DNA of 44,782 nucleotides from a virus: IMG/VR virus record IMGVR_UViG_3300045988_061090; one strand, 5' to 3'. A model generated the notes under the pieces. That model saw nothing but the letters and a program-made list of their open reading frames with translations, was not told where the DNA came from and did no database searches. The translations under genes and the position numbers were made by a program. Below, piece by piece: positions 34,547 to 42,265 of this stretch (its first letter is position 1; every line of letters begins with the position of its first letter).

Positions 34547-34562
34547 GTAGAATTTTTTCTAA
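34547..34562. promoter_or_regulatory. Operator O3 (GTAGAATTTTTTCTAA, degenerate copy)
   Basis: The arms are GTAGA and TCTAa, just upstream of the leftward -35. Confidence 0.4.
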
Positions 34563-34580
34563 GAAAGAAAGGAGGGTTCA

Positions 34581-34685
34581 ATGAAAAACAGGAAATTATT
34601 TTGGTTGATATGTTTTCTGCTGTCAGCGATAAGCGGGTCACTAGGGGGGATTTTGGGTGTTATTGTAGTACGAGCATTGTTATGA
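34581..34685 (+). CDS. 34-aa single-TM peptide
   Basis: Hand translation gives MKNRKLFWLICFLLSAISGSLGGILGVIVVRALL. A strong AAAGGAGGG RBS lies 6 nt upstream. Confidence 0.5.
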   Translation: MKNRKLFWLICFLLSAISGSLGGILGVIVVRALL

Positions 34686-34860
34686 GTGACGCTATAAACC
34701 CAAATAAAGCACCTATGGTAGCGCTGAATAAGGCAACTCGATAATCATGCCTCCATTGTTGTTTGCGGAGTTCCTTTCCCTTTGCTTCTTTTAGCTGTTG
34801 TTCAATAACACCGTTAGGAATAACTGTTCCTTTGGACATTTCTGGTAATTTAAAGTCCAT
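34660..34860 (-). CDS. Tail-anchored membrane protein A
   Basis: 66 aa with RBS AAAAGGAGAAAAAC and a C-terminal TM (ALFSATIGALFGFIASLITMLVL). It shares its 5' region with gene B. Confidence 0.6.
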   Translation of the reverse strand: MDFKLPEMSKGTVIPNGVIEQQLKEAKGKELRKQQWRHDYRVALFSATIGALFGFIASLITMLVLQ

Positions 34861-34880
34861 GTTTTTCTCCTTTTGTTTTT

Positions 34881-34917
34881 TTGATAACAGTATAGAAGAA
34901 AATCTATAAAACTACAA
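34881..34917. promoter_or_regulatory. Overlapping divergent promoters (cro-like rightward, gene A leftward) around a TATAGA-N6-TCTATA palindrome
   Basis: The + strand reads TTGATA-18-TATAAA (34881-34910). The minus strand reads TTGTAG-17-TATACT (34917-34889). The palindrome spans 34891-34908. Confidence 0.55.
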
Positions 34918-34933
34918 GAAGGGAAGTGATAAA

Positions 34934-35119
34934 TTGCTTATTTATGACAAAGTGAAAACTATCTGTGAAGAAAAAGGTATGAGTGTTAGGCAGGTAGAAT
35001 ACGCTGCGGGTTTGAAGAATGGGGCTATAGGCAAATGGAATGAATCTAGTCCAACAATTAAGAGTTTAAAAGCAGTAGCGGATGTTTTGAAAGTAAAAGT
35101 AGACAAGCTGATTTCTTAG
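34934..35119 (+). CDS. Cro-like XRE-family HTH protein
   Basis: 61 aa with a TTG start. The HTH is MSVRQVEYAAGLKNGAIGKW...LKAVADVLKVKVDKL. Confidence 0.75.
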   Translation: MLIYDKVKTICEEKGMSVRQVEYAAGLKNGAIGKWNESSPTIKSLKAVADVLKVKVDKLIS

Positions 35120-35138
35120 AATGAGGAAAGGAGGAAAT

Positions 35139-35243
35139 ATGAAGAAAGAAAAGAAACCGCCAAAGATAACGGTTTCAGATGTGGGATTGGTAATGTCAAT
35201 TATTACTCTGTTATTTGTACTTTCAGGGATATTTTTAAAATAA
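35139..35243 (+). CDS. 34-aa single-TM peptide
   Basis: Hand translation gives MKKEKKPPKITVSDVGLVMSIITLLFVLSGIFLK. RBS is AAAGGAGGA. Confidence 0.5.
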   Translation: MKKEKKPPKITVSDVGLVMSIITLLFVLSGIFLK

Positions 35244-35546
35244 TCCCAAGCGTCCACACAATTCAAGAAGAAAAGCAAGAAAAGCTATTACAACAGAAAT
35301 CCAACCTTTAATATCAGCTTTTTGAGATTGTTTAGAAGCAATTTCAGATTGGATTTTTGCGGAATCAGCAATTTTCATGGAAGAATTAGCTAATCGCTCA
35401 GCAGAATCAGCTTTTTGCTCAGCGGAATCAGCAATTCTTTTTACGGAATTCATAAATTCTTTCTTTTGCTGCTGTTCTTCCTTAAAATTTTCAATTTCAA
35501 TTTGAGAATGGTATGAATCGAGTGGATTTGATGGTATGAATCTCAT
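35235..35546 (-). CDS. Tail-anchored membrane protein B with ADSA repeats
   Basis: 103 aa with repeats IADSAEQKADSAERLANSSMKIADSAK and a C-terminal TM. Its 5' region duplicates that of gene A. Confidence 0.6.
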   Translation of the reverse strand: MRFIPSNPLDSYHSQIEIENFKEEQQQKKEFMNSVKRIADSAEQKADSAERLANSSMKIADSAKIQSEIASKQSQKADIKGWISVVIAFLAFLLELCGRLGLF

Positions 35547-35612
35547 GTTTTTTCTCCTTTTTGATAACAGTATAGGAAAAAATCAGGAGAAAAGCAAGAT
35601 AAGGAGGCGGAA

Positions 35613-35714
35613 ATGTACATACCAGAATTTGCCCTTGGATTTATCGCAGGGGCGGTAGTAGGAATCACGACATTAATCATAATAGCACTTATCGCAGATA
35701 AAAGAGATAAGTAA
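35613..35714 (+). CDS. 33-aa single-TM peptide
   Basis: Hand translation gives MYIPEFALGFIAGAVVGITTLIIIALIADKRDK. RBS is AAGGAGG. Confidence 0.5.
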   Translation: MYIPEFALGFIAGAVVGITTLIIIALIADKRDK

Positions 35715-35844
35715 AAAGCCCCGGCAGTGCTGGAACCACTACCGAGGCAACGCAACCAACTAACCTGTCTAGCTGTTTGCAAGATTATACTAACATATTT
35801 TCCTGCAAATGGCAAGAACAAATGTTCTAAAATTGGAGGAAAAG

Positions 35845-36000
35845 ATGAAAAAAGAAGAAATCAAGACATGGAAAGAAGCAGAAGGATGGGCAGTAGAGGT
35901 TATCAGCCAAGAAAAAAGGAAGACAAGGAGATGGTTTATTGCATGGATTTTGACCTTGGCAGCATTGTTCGTGTCCAACCTAATATGGATATTTACATAG
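35845..36000 (+). CDS. 51-aa protein with C-terminal TM
   Basis: ATG 35845 follows a TTGGAGGA RBS. The sequence reads MKKEEIKTWKEAEGW...RRWFIAWILTLAALFVSNLIWIFT. Confidence 0.5.
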   Translation: MKKEEIKTWKEAEGWAVEVISQEKRKTRRWFIAWILTLAALFVSNLIWIFT

Positions 36001-36003
36001 GAG

Positions 36004-36252
36004 GTGAAACATCTGAGACCAATTATACGGAGTGCAGAGCAGGCGGCTTATATCTTACAGATTCCCCCTCAGGCATTTCGGGAGCAGACAAAAAGGGGGA
36101 AAAATGTTTACAGCAGAGTAGCAAATACAAGCAAAAAGCGCAGGATTTACGAATTTTTCCCGTATGTTGCAGCGGAAGAATTAAAAGTACCGCTAGAAAT
36201 ATTGGAAAAGAGGAACCAAGAGTATGAAAAAGCTATTGAAGGACCCCGCTAG
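36004..36252 (+). CDS. Small HTH-like protein (possible excisionase or DNA-binding protein)
   Basis: 82 aa. SAEQAAYILQIPPQAFREQTKRG resembles Xis/AlpA-type HTH. The start codon is uncertain because GTG 36004 abuts the RBS. Confidence 0.4.
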   Translation: MKHLRPIIRSAEQAAYILQIPPQAFREQTKRGKNVYSRVANTSKKRRIYEFFPYVAAEELKVPLEILEKRNQEYEKAIEGPR

Positions 36253-36421
36253 GGATCTGGCGATCACGGGCCTGTTGGCGTACCTGATTACCTACTCAGG
36301 ATTTTTTGAGTTTGGCCGGACATCTCAGATGATCTGTACTTTTCTAGGGATGGCCTTGGTGATTTTAATCGCGTTGATCTGGTTGGAAAGTAAAAATGAG
36401 CCCCAGGGCGGCAACCCATAA
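36224..36421 (+). CDS. Two-TM small membrane protein
   Basis: 65 aa with two hydrophobic segments. Confidence 0.5.
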   Translation: MKKLLKDPARDLAITGLLAYLITYSGFFEFGRTSQMICTFLGMALVILIALIWLESKNEPQGGNP

Positions 36422-36488
36422 GGCTCTAAATAAAAGAATACAGGTAAAATACCTGTCTTTATCATAAAAGAAAGAGAGGGAAATGTCA

Positions 36489-36626
36489 AATGATTAAAGT
36501 AGATTACGAAGATTTCATTCGATTAATCAAAGCAGAAGAGAGACTGGAAATCATTAAAAGAATGACGAATAAAGATGAATGCATTCTTTCAAAAACATTG
36601 AAAAAGATTATTGGAGAGTCAGATGA
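36489..36626 (+). CDS. Hypothetical 45-aa protein
   Basis: Hand translation gives MIKVDYEDFIRLIKAEERLEIIKRMTNKDECILSKTLKKDYWRVR. An ATGA stop-start overlap links it to the next gene. Confidence 0.4.
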
Positions 36627-36826
36627 AAACGAATAATCCAGTATTAGATGCGGAAAGGCACGAACAGACGGACCGGGATTTTATTCTTTGTGATCTTTGC
36701 GAACAGCCCATATACCGGGAGGACAGCTTTTACAATGGCGACATGGTGTATGAGATCAATGGGCTGTCGGTCTGCGAAGACTGTATTGGCGATTATATAC
36801 GATCCCTAGGAAAGGAGCTGAGTTGA
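36623..36826 (+). CDS. Small zinc-finger-like protein
   Basis: It contains CDLCEQP...CEDC. ATG 36623 is coupled to the upstream ORF. Confidence 0.5.
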   Translation: MKTNNPVLDAERHEQTDRDFILCDLCEQPIYREDSFYNGDMVYEINGLSVCEDCIGDYIRSLGKELS

Positions 36827-37017
36827 TGGATAATACAGGACGAATTTCCAGGCTGTATGATCTGATGGATGAGCAGCTTTCAGAGATTAATGATAATCCA
36901 GTTTATGAGCAGTATCGCAGCCGGTCAATTTCAAATTATGCGCAAGCAATAAAAACGTTGATGGAGGTGGACAGGAATGAGCGACAAATGGGAAATTCAT
37001 ATTCCTGCAAGAAATAG
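36823..37017 (+). CDS. Hypothetical protein
   Basis: 64-aa ORF with an ATGA overlap to the upstream stop. Confidence 0.45.
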   Translation: MMDNTGRISRLYDLMDEQLSEINDNPVYEQYRSRSISNYAQAIKTLMEVDRNERQMGNSYSCKK

Positions 37018-37198
37018 AGAACGCCTGCAAAAAGGATGTCAGGCAGTCGTTAGAGTTTCCGCAGAAGCGTACAATGCGCTTATAGACATTTACAACGAGT
37101 CAACTCTTTCCATGAAGGAAATCGCAGCGATTTTGATTTTGGAAACGGCGGACAAAGTAGTATATGACAAAGGAGAGGAAGATCAGTGTCAAAAGTAA
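36977..37198 (+). CDS. Hypothetical protein
   Basis: 73-aa ORF. Confidence 0.45.
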   Translation: MSDKWEIHIPARNRERLQKGCQAVVRVSAEAYNALIDIYNESTLSMKEIAAILILETADKVVYDKGEEDQCQK

Positions 37199-37827
37199 TC
37201 TGTATTGCAGGGGAATCTGGTTCCGGCAAAACAACGAGTATGCGGAACTTAGACCCCAAAACGACGTTGTACATAGACTGTGATAAAAAGGGGCTGTCGT
37301 GGAAGGGCTGGAAGCAGCAGTATAACACAGAAAACAAGAATTATATCAAGACAGATTTTGTACAGCAAGTGCTTATTGCATTAAAAAAGCTGGAAACAGA
37401 CTGGAAAGACAAAAAGGTAGTAGTAATTGACACAATCAACGGGCTTATGATAGCGGACGAAATGCGCCGGAGTAAGGAAAAAGGGTATGACAAATGGGTT
37501 GATCTAGCCGCTTGTGTCTGGGATTTAGTATGCTATGCCTATGAATTACGAGACGATCTGACAGTAATTTTTACAGCCCATACCCAGACAGACCATGACG
37601 AAGCAGGCTATATGTTTACTCGCATTAAAACATCCGGGAAGAAGCTGGACAAGATTGTGCTGGAAAGTAAGTTTACCACGGTACTCCTGTCAAAGTGTGT
37701 GGACGGGAAATACCTTTTTGAGACCCAGGCGAAGAACAGCACGGCTAAGAGTCCTTTAGGGGCTTTTGAGAGCTTCGAGATTGAGAACGATATTGTAAAA
37801 GTAATGAAAGCATTGGAGGAGTACTGA
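37186..37827 (+). CDS. Sak4-like RecA-fold ATPase (AAA_24)
   Basis: The Walker A is GESGSGKTT and the Walker B-like segment is VVVIDTI. Size and neighbourhood with a DUF669 gene fit this family. Confidence 0.75.
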   Translation: MSKVICIAGESGSGKTTSMRNLDPKTTLYIDCDKKGLSWKGWKQQYNTENKNYIKTDFVQQVLIALKKLETDWKDKKVVVIDTINGLMIADEMRRSKEKGYDKWVDLAACVWDLVCYAYELRDDLTVIFTAHTQTDHDEAGYMFTRIKTSGKKLDKIVLESKFTTVLLSKCVDGKYLFETQAKNSTAKSPLGAFESFEIENDIVKVMKALEEY

Positions 37828-38426
37828 TGAGACAATTTAACGGATTTGACAGGAATGACACGTATAAGGATTTTGAGAGGCTGCCGGCCGGCGGGTATGT
37901 CTTGGAGATCATGGACGCGAAAGAGCAGTCCTACCCTGACGGCGGGAGGGCGTTGGTGCTTTCCTTCGACATAAAAGAAGGGGAATACAAGGGATTCTAT
38001 AGAGAAAACTATAAAGCGCAGACGGGAGAAGATAAAAAGTGGAAAGGGGTATACCGCTTATATGTGCCGCGGGACGATGGAAGCGAAATGGACCGCTGGA
38101 CCAAAAAACGTTTCAACACCGTGATGGTCGCCATTGAAGAATCCAACCAGGGATATTTATGGGACTGGGACGAGCAGAAGCTGAAAGGGAAGCTGGTTGG
38201 GGGATTGTTCAATAATAAAGAATACCATTTCAATGGACGCAGGGGATTTTTTACCAACTGCCACAGCCTAGTAACGGTAGAAAAAATCCGTTCCGGCAAA
38301 TTCGAAATTCCAGCAGACACACTTTTGAAAGAAAAGAAAGACAACGGATATCCAGCAGGCAGCACACCGGCAGGGGGCGGCTTTATGAATATTCCAGAAG
38401 GAGCAAAGGATGAATTGCCATTCTAA
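37827..38426 (+). CDS. DUF669-like protein with SSB-type acidic C-terminal tip
   Basis: 199 aa ending ..GGFMNIPEGAKDELPF. It is always-adjacent-to-Sak4-type gene context. Confidence 0.6.
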   Translation: MRQFNGFDRNDTYKDFERLPAGGYVLEIMDAKEQSYPDGGRALVLSFDIKEGEYKGFYRENYKAQTGEDKKWKGVYRLYVPRDDGSEMDRWTKKRFNTVMVAIEESNQGYLWDWDEQKLKGKLVGGLFNNKEYHFNGRRGFFTNCHSLVTVEKIRSGKFEIPADTLLKEKKDNGYPAGSTPAGGGFMNIPEGAKDELPF

Positions 38427-38967
38427 AATGAACATTTTTGAGCAAAAAGAAGTCTTAAAAACGTTTGAAATATTGGTAGATACAAGGGAGCAGGATACCG
38501 AAAAAAGCAGAAAAAGGTATGAAGAATTTGGTGTTCCATACACAAAAAAAACTTTGTCTTATGGGGATTATACATACAATTTAATTCTTCCAAATGGTAC
38601 TAAATTATATGATAATTCGGAAACAATAAGCCCTATTTGTGCCGTGGAAAGGAAGATGAATTTGGACGAACTGGCAGGCTGTTTTACACGCAGCCGCCAG
38701 CGATTCCAGAGAGAATTTGAAAGAGCTTTGGACAATCATTGTAGGATATATTTGTTATGCGAAAACTCTAATTGGGAGAACTTGTTGAACGGAAAATACC
38801 GCAGTAAATTCCACCCAAAAGCATTCGCAGCGTCTACAATAGCGTGGATGATTAGATATAACTTAAATGTCATTTTTTGCAAAGAAGAAACATCAGGAAA
38901 GCTTATCAAAGAAGTCCTCTACAGGGATGCTAAAGAGAGATTGGAAAGAGGTGAATTTGATGGCTAA
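38410..38967 (+). CDS. ERCC4/XPF-Mus81-type nuclease
   Basis: Motifs are VDTREQ ... YGDYTY ... ERK(mnl)DEL. AAGGAG lies 7 nt before ATG 38410. Confidence 0.7.
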   Translation: MNCHSKMNIFEQKEVLKTFEILVDTREQDTEKSRKRYEEFGVPYTKKTLSYGDYTYNLILPNGTKLYDNSETISPICAVERKMNLDELAGCFTRSRQRFQREFERALDNHCRIYLLCENSNWENLLNGKYRSKFHPKAFAASTIAWMIRYNLNVIFCKEETSGKLIKEVLYRDAKERLERGEFDG

Positions 38968-39580
38968 AGGATGGGTAGTGATATATCGAAGCATTATGGA
39001 TAATCCTTTATGGGAAGATAAGCCTTTTTCCAGGGGACAGGCGTGGATAGATATGATTCTTTTGGCCTCTCATAAAGATACTGAATTTTACTTTGACGGA
39101 GATATGGTTTCAATTGAAAAAGGACAAATTATCACAAGTAAGAGGAAATTAGGAGATCGGTGGGGATGGTCAAATTCTAAGGTAAATAAGTTTCTAAATG
39201 AATTAGAAAAGGTCGGAATGTTGTCTCAAAAAAGCGACACTAAAAAAACCACTATAAAAATTGTGAAATACGAGCAATATCAAGGGTTTGGGAGTATCGA
39301 GGCTATAGAGAAAACATCACACAAAGCATCACAGAAACGTCACAGAAACATCACTCAGGCATCACAGAAGCATCACGGAGGCATCACAGAGGCATCACAG
39401 AAACACACATTCAACAATGTAAACAATTATAACAATGATAACAATGTAAACAATAAAGAGCCTGTGGCGCCTATTTCTCCTCCGCTTGAGGAGCGAGAAG
39501 GAATTGATCTGTGGAATATGAGCGACGAAGAGTATGCGGAAATGAAAAGGAAAATAGAAAATGGAGATATACAAATTTGA
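38960..39580 (+). CDS. Replisome organiser / origin-binding winged-helix protein
   Basis: The sequence MAKGWVVIYRSIMDNPLWEDKPFSRGQAWIDMILLASH..SKRKLGDRWGWSNSKVNKFLNELE is followed by an iteron-encoded low-complexity linker. Confidence 0.65.
   Translation: MAKGWVVIYRSIMDNPLWEDKPFSRGQAWIDMILLASHKDTEFYFDGDMVSIEKGQIITSKRKLGDRWGWSNSKVNKFLNELEKVGMLSQKSDTKKTTIKIVKYEQYQGFGSIEAIEKTSHKASQKRHRNITQASQKHHGGITEASQKHTFNNVNNYNNDNNVNNKEPVAPISPPLEEREGIDLWNMSDEEYAEMKRKIENGDIQI
39315..39404 (+). repeat. Iteron array: 8 tandem ~11-bp CATCACAGA(A/G)-type units inside the organiser gene. An AT-rich AACAAT-repeat tract follows at 39405-39460.
   Basis: The units are catcacacaaag, catcacagaaac, gtcacagaaa, catcactcagg, catcacagaag, catcacggagg, catcacagagg and catcacagaaac. 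AACAATGTAAACAAT then occurs twice (39413 and 39440). Confidence 0.7.
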
Positions 39581-41381
39581 CCGAGAGGATGCAATACGGT
39601 TCGGAAGAGAGATCAGGGCCAGGTATTGTGTAAAGGGAGATGAGCTGAGATTTGACCGATGCCCTTACTGCTTAGGTGGAAGCAACGGAAAAGACAAAGG
39701 GACCTTTTCGATCAATCTTGATACTGGACAATTTAAATGTTTAAGAGCGTCCTGTGATGCCCACGGTAATATGATTACGCTCGCTAGGGATTTTAATTTT
39801 TCGCTTGGAACTGAGGTGGATGAGTATTACAGCCCCAAGAAACGATTTCGGAATATCCACAGAAAAGAAAAGCCGCAGACAAAGCCAGCAGCAGTTAAAT
39901 ACCTGGAGAGCAGGGGGATAAGCGAAGAAACAGCAAAACGGTATAATATCACCACGCAAAAAGACAATGAAAATATTTTAGTGTTTCCGTTTTACGACGA
40001 AAATAACATCTTGCAATTTGTAAAGTATCGGAAAACCGACTTTGACAAAGATCGGGACAAGAACAAAGAGTGGTGCGAACGAAACTGCAAACCGATATTA
40101 TTTGGAATGAACCATTGTGACCCAGAGCAACCAACGTTGGTTTTGACAGAAGGACAGATAGATTCTTTGTCTTGTGCGGAAGCTGGAATTAAAAACGCCG
40201 TAAGTGTTCCGAACGGGGCAAAAGGATTTACCTGGATACCCTATTGCTGGGACTTCCTCTCTAGATTCGCAAATTTGGTCATATTTGGCGATTTTGAGCA
40301 TGAGGCGATATCTTTATTACCTGAGATGCAAAAACGCTTTCACGGGACCGTTAAGCACATCAGAGAGGACGATTACAAAGACTGTAAGGACGCAAACGAA
40401 ATTTTACAGAAATATGGTCCGGAATATTTACAGAAATGTGTGGAGAATGCAGTTCCGGTAAGCAACCCCAAAATAAAACCTTTGGAAGAAGTAAAACGAA
40501 TGGACCTGAACGCCATGGAAAAGATAAGGTCCGGGATTTATGGACTGGACAAACTAACAGGTGGTTTTTACTTTGGACAAGTAATCTTAGTTACCGGGGA
40601 GCGTGGTTTTGGAAAATCTACGTTGGTGTCCCAATTTGGCACACAAGCAATCGCGGCTGGATACCCTACATTTTTCTATTCTGGTGAGCTGATGGATTGG
40701 TATTTTAAAGCGTGGATAGAGTACCAGATCGCAGGGGCGCGGAATATCAATGCTTTGATATCAGATTATGGCTATAAGTCATACTCCATTCAGGCAGATA
40801 AATTGCAGCAAATTGAAAATTGGTATGCCGGGAAAGCTTATATTTATGACAATGGGATTGTTACGGAAGACACAGAAGAAGAGACTTTGCTGGAAACTCT
40901 GGAAAATGCTATTAAACAATATGGATGTCGAGTTTTGGTTATTGATAATCTTATGACGGCAATCTCAGATGATTTATCATCAGACTTGTATCGGATGCAG
41001 ACAAAGTTTGTAAAAGCCTTGACTGTGCTGGCAAAAAGATATGATGTGCTGGTATTTCTGATTGTCCATCCTAGAAAGTCTACTGGGGTAGCATTTGATA
41101 ATGATGATGTGGCCGGAAGCTCAAATATTACTAATCTGGTTGATGTGGTAATCCGGTATGGCAAACCGAAAGATAACGATAAAAAGGACTCCACAGAGAG
41201 GATTTTAAGCGTGTATAAAAACCGTTTAAACGGGAGGACAAATCGAGATGGCATCAAGCTATATTTCCAAGAATCTTCCAAGCGAATTTCTGAAAACCCA
41301 GAAACATTTGATTGGGAATTGGGATGGGAAAAAGAAGAATTTGTTACTGTTCCGGATGATTTTGAACCAATTTTTGATTGA
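39561..41381 (+). CDS. Bifunctional primase-helicase (Zn-finger + Toprim + DnaB/RecA-type helicase, T7 gp4-like architecture)
   Basis: The Zn-finger is CPYC...C..SC.AHG and the Toprim-like segment is LTEGQIDSLS. The helicase Walker A is GERGFGKST and Walker B is VLVIDNL. Confidence 0.8.
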   Translation: MEIYKFDREDAIRFGREIRARYCVKGDELRFDRCPYCLGGSNGKDKGTFSINLDTGQFKCLRASCDAHGNMITLARDFNFSLGTEVDEYYSPKKRFRNIHRKEKPQTKPAAVKYLESRGISEETAKRYNITTQKDNENILVFPFYDENNILQFVKYRKTDFDKDRDKNKEWCERNCKPILFGMNHCDPEQPTLVLTEGQIDSLSCAEAGIKNAVSVPNGAKGFTWIPYCWDFLSRFANLVIFGDFEHEAISLLPEMQKRFHGTVKHIREDDYKDCKDANEILQKYGPEYLQKCVENAVPVSNPKIKPLEEVKRMDLNAMEKIRSGIYGLDKLTGGFYFGQVILVTGERGFGKSTLVSQFGTQAIAAGYPTFFYSGELMDWYFKAWIEYQIAGARNINALISDYGYKSYSIQADKLQQIENWYAGKAYIYDNGIVTEDTEEETLLETLENAIKQYGCRVLVIDNLMTAISDDLSSDLYRMQTKFVKALTVLAKRYDVLVFLIVHPRKSTGVAFDNDDVAGSSNITNLVDVVIRYGKPKDNDKKDSTERILSVYKNRLNGRTNRDGIKLYFQESSKRISENPETFDWELGWEKEEFVTVPDDFEPIFD

Positions 41382-41392
41382 CGGAGGTGAGT

Positions 41393-41623
41393 GTGTCAGA
41401 AATCAAAAATAATGACAAAGTTACAGAATCAAAAATGATATCGGAAATCTGGCGAGTAATTAAAAAATATTATTTACCAGAAGAACAAGATGGATATTGG
41501 GCGGATTTAGTGACAGACCTTGATGAGATATACAAAAGATATCCCACGGAATTATGCAAATATTTATGTCTGTCAGTATCACAATATTTGGAATCAAAAT
41601 ATCGAAAGGGGATGCATATATGA
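41393..41623 (+). CDS. Hypothetical protein
   Basis: GTG 41393 lies 5 nt after GGAGG, whereas the track uses TTG 41378. Confidence 0.45.
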   Translation: MSEIKNNDKVTESKMISEIWRVIKKYYLPEEQDGYWADLVTDLDEIYKRYPTELCKYLCLSVSQYLESKYRKGMHI

Positions 41624-41907
41624 AAATTAAAGTTGATGAAAAATACTTTATCGAGACAGACAAGTTAATTTATATTTTGAAAGAGAAATGTACAGCAAAG
41701 AAGAGTGGAAAAGAGATATATCGTACAGTTGGGTATTATGGCAGCATGACAGCTTTGGCGGAAAGATATCTGGAAGAGCGACAAAAAGCGATTATGGACG
41801 ATTCCACGGTTAATCTGGATGAATATGTAAAATTGGTTGAGGAAAGCAATCAAAAGGCTGTATCGAGATTATACGATGTTTTACGGCTATATCCAGAGAA
41901 AGGGTGA
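41620..41907 (+). CDS. Hypothetical protein
   Basis: ATG 41620 overlaps the upstream stop (ATGA). 95 aa. Confidence 0.5.
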   Translation: MKIKVDEKYFIETDKLIYILKEKCTAKKSGKEIYRTVGYYGSMTALAERYLEERQKAIMDDSTVNLDEYVKLVEESNQKAVSRLYDVLRLYPEKG

Positions 41908-42254
41908 TAAGAATGATTGAGATTGAAAACATGATTGATGAACGGCAGCAGAAGCTTCGCCAGATCGCAGACCACTACCAGGAAAAGCAGCTTTGGAAGC
42001 TGGCAGAGGAGTGCGGCGAGCTGGTTCAGGCATTGAGCAAGTATGCATTGACAGGAGATAAGCGCCCTGTGATCGAAGAGATCGCGGACGTAAAGAATGT
42101 GGCTCCGCAGGTGGAATATTTGCTAGGGATTGAGGATGATGTGGAGCCGATGATGGAGTATAAGCTTGACCGGACGATCAAAGAAGTAGAAGAGCAGCAG
42201 AAAAAAATGGATTATCGGGAGCGGATGCTGCGGACGTTTTTGAGCAGAAAATAG
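41904..42254 (+). CDS. MazG-like nucleotide pyrophosphohydrolase
   Basis: The EExxE..D pattern appears as LAEECGELVQA ... EEIADV. Confidence 0.6.
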   Translation: MIRMIEIENMIDERQQKLRQIADHYQEKQLWKLAEECGELVQALSKYALTGDKRPVIEEIADVKNVAPQVEYLLGIEDDVEPMMEYKLDRTIKEVEEQQKKMDYRERMLRTFLSRK

Positions 42255-42265
42255 GGAGGACTGAC

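Noticed and set aside
34532-34744. 70-aa + strand ORF in the switch region
   Set aside because: It has a GTG-type alternative start without an RBS and is out of frame with the RBS-supported 34-aa peptide ORF (34581..34685). It also overlaps the leftward promoter.
35543-36227. ORFs 35543..35821 (-), 35727..36227 (+) and 35790..35978 (-)
   Set aside because: They have no RBS, and they overlap better-supported small genes (35613..35714, 35845..36000, 36004..36252) in other frames. Their compositions look non-coding.
39315-39404. CRISPR-like array
   Set aside because: The units are only about 11 bp, contiguous with no spacers, and lie inside a coding frame. An iteron array explains them better.
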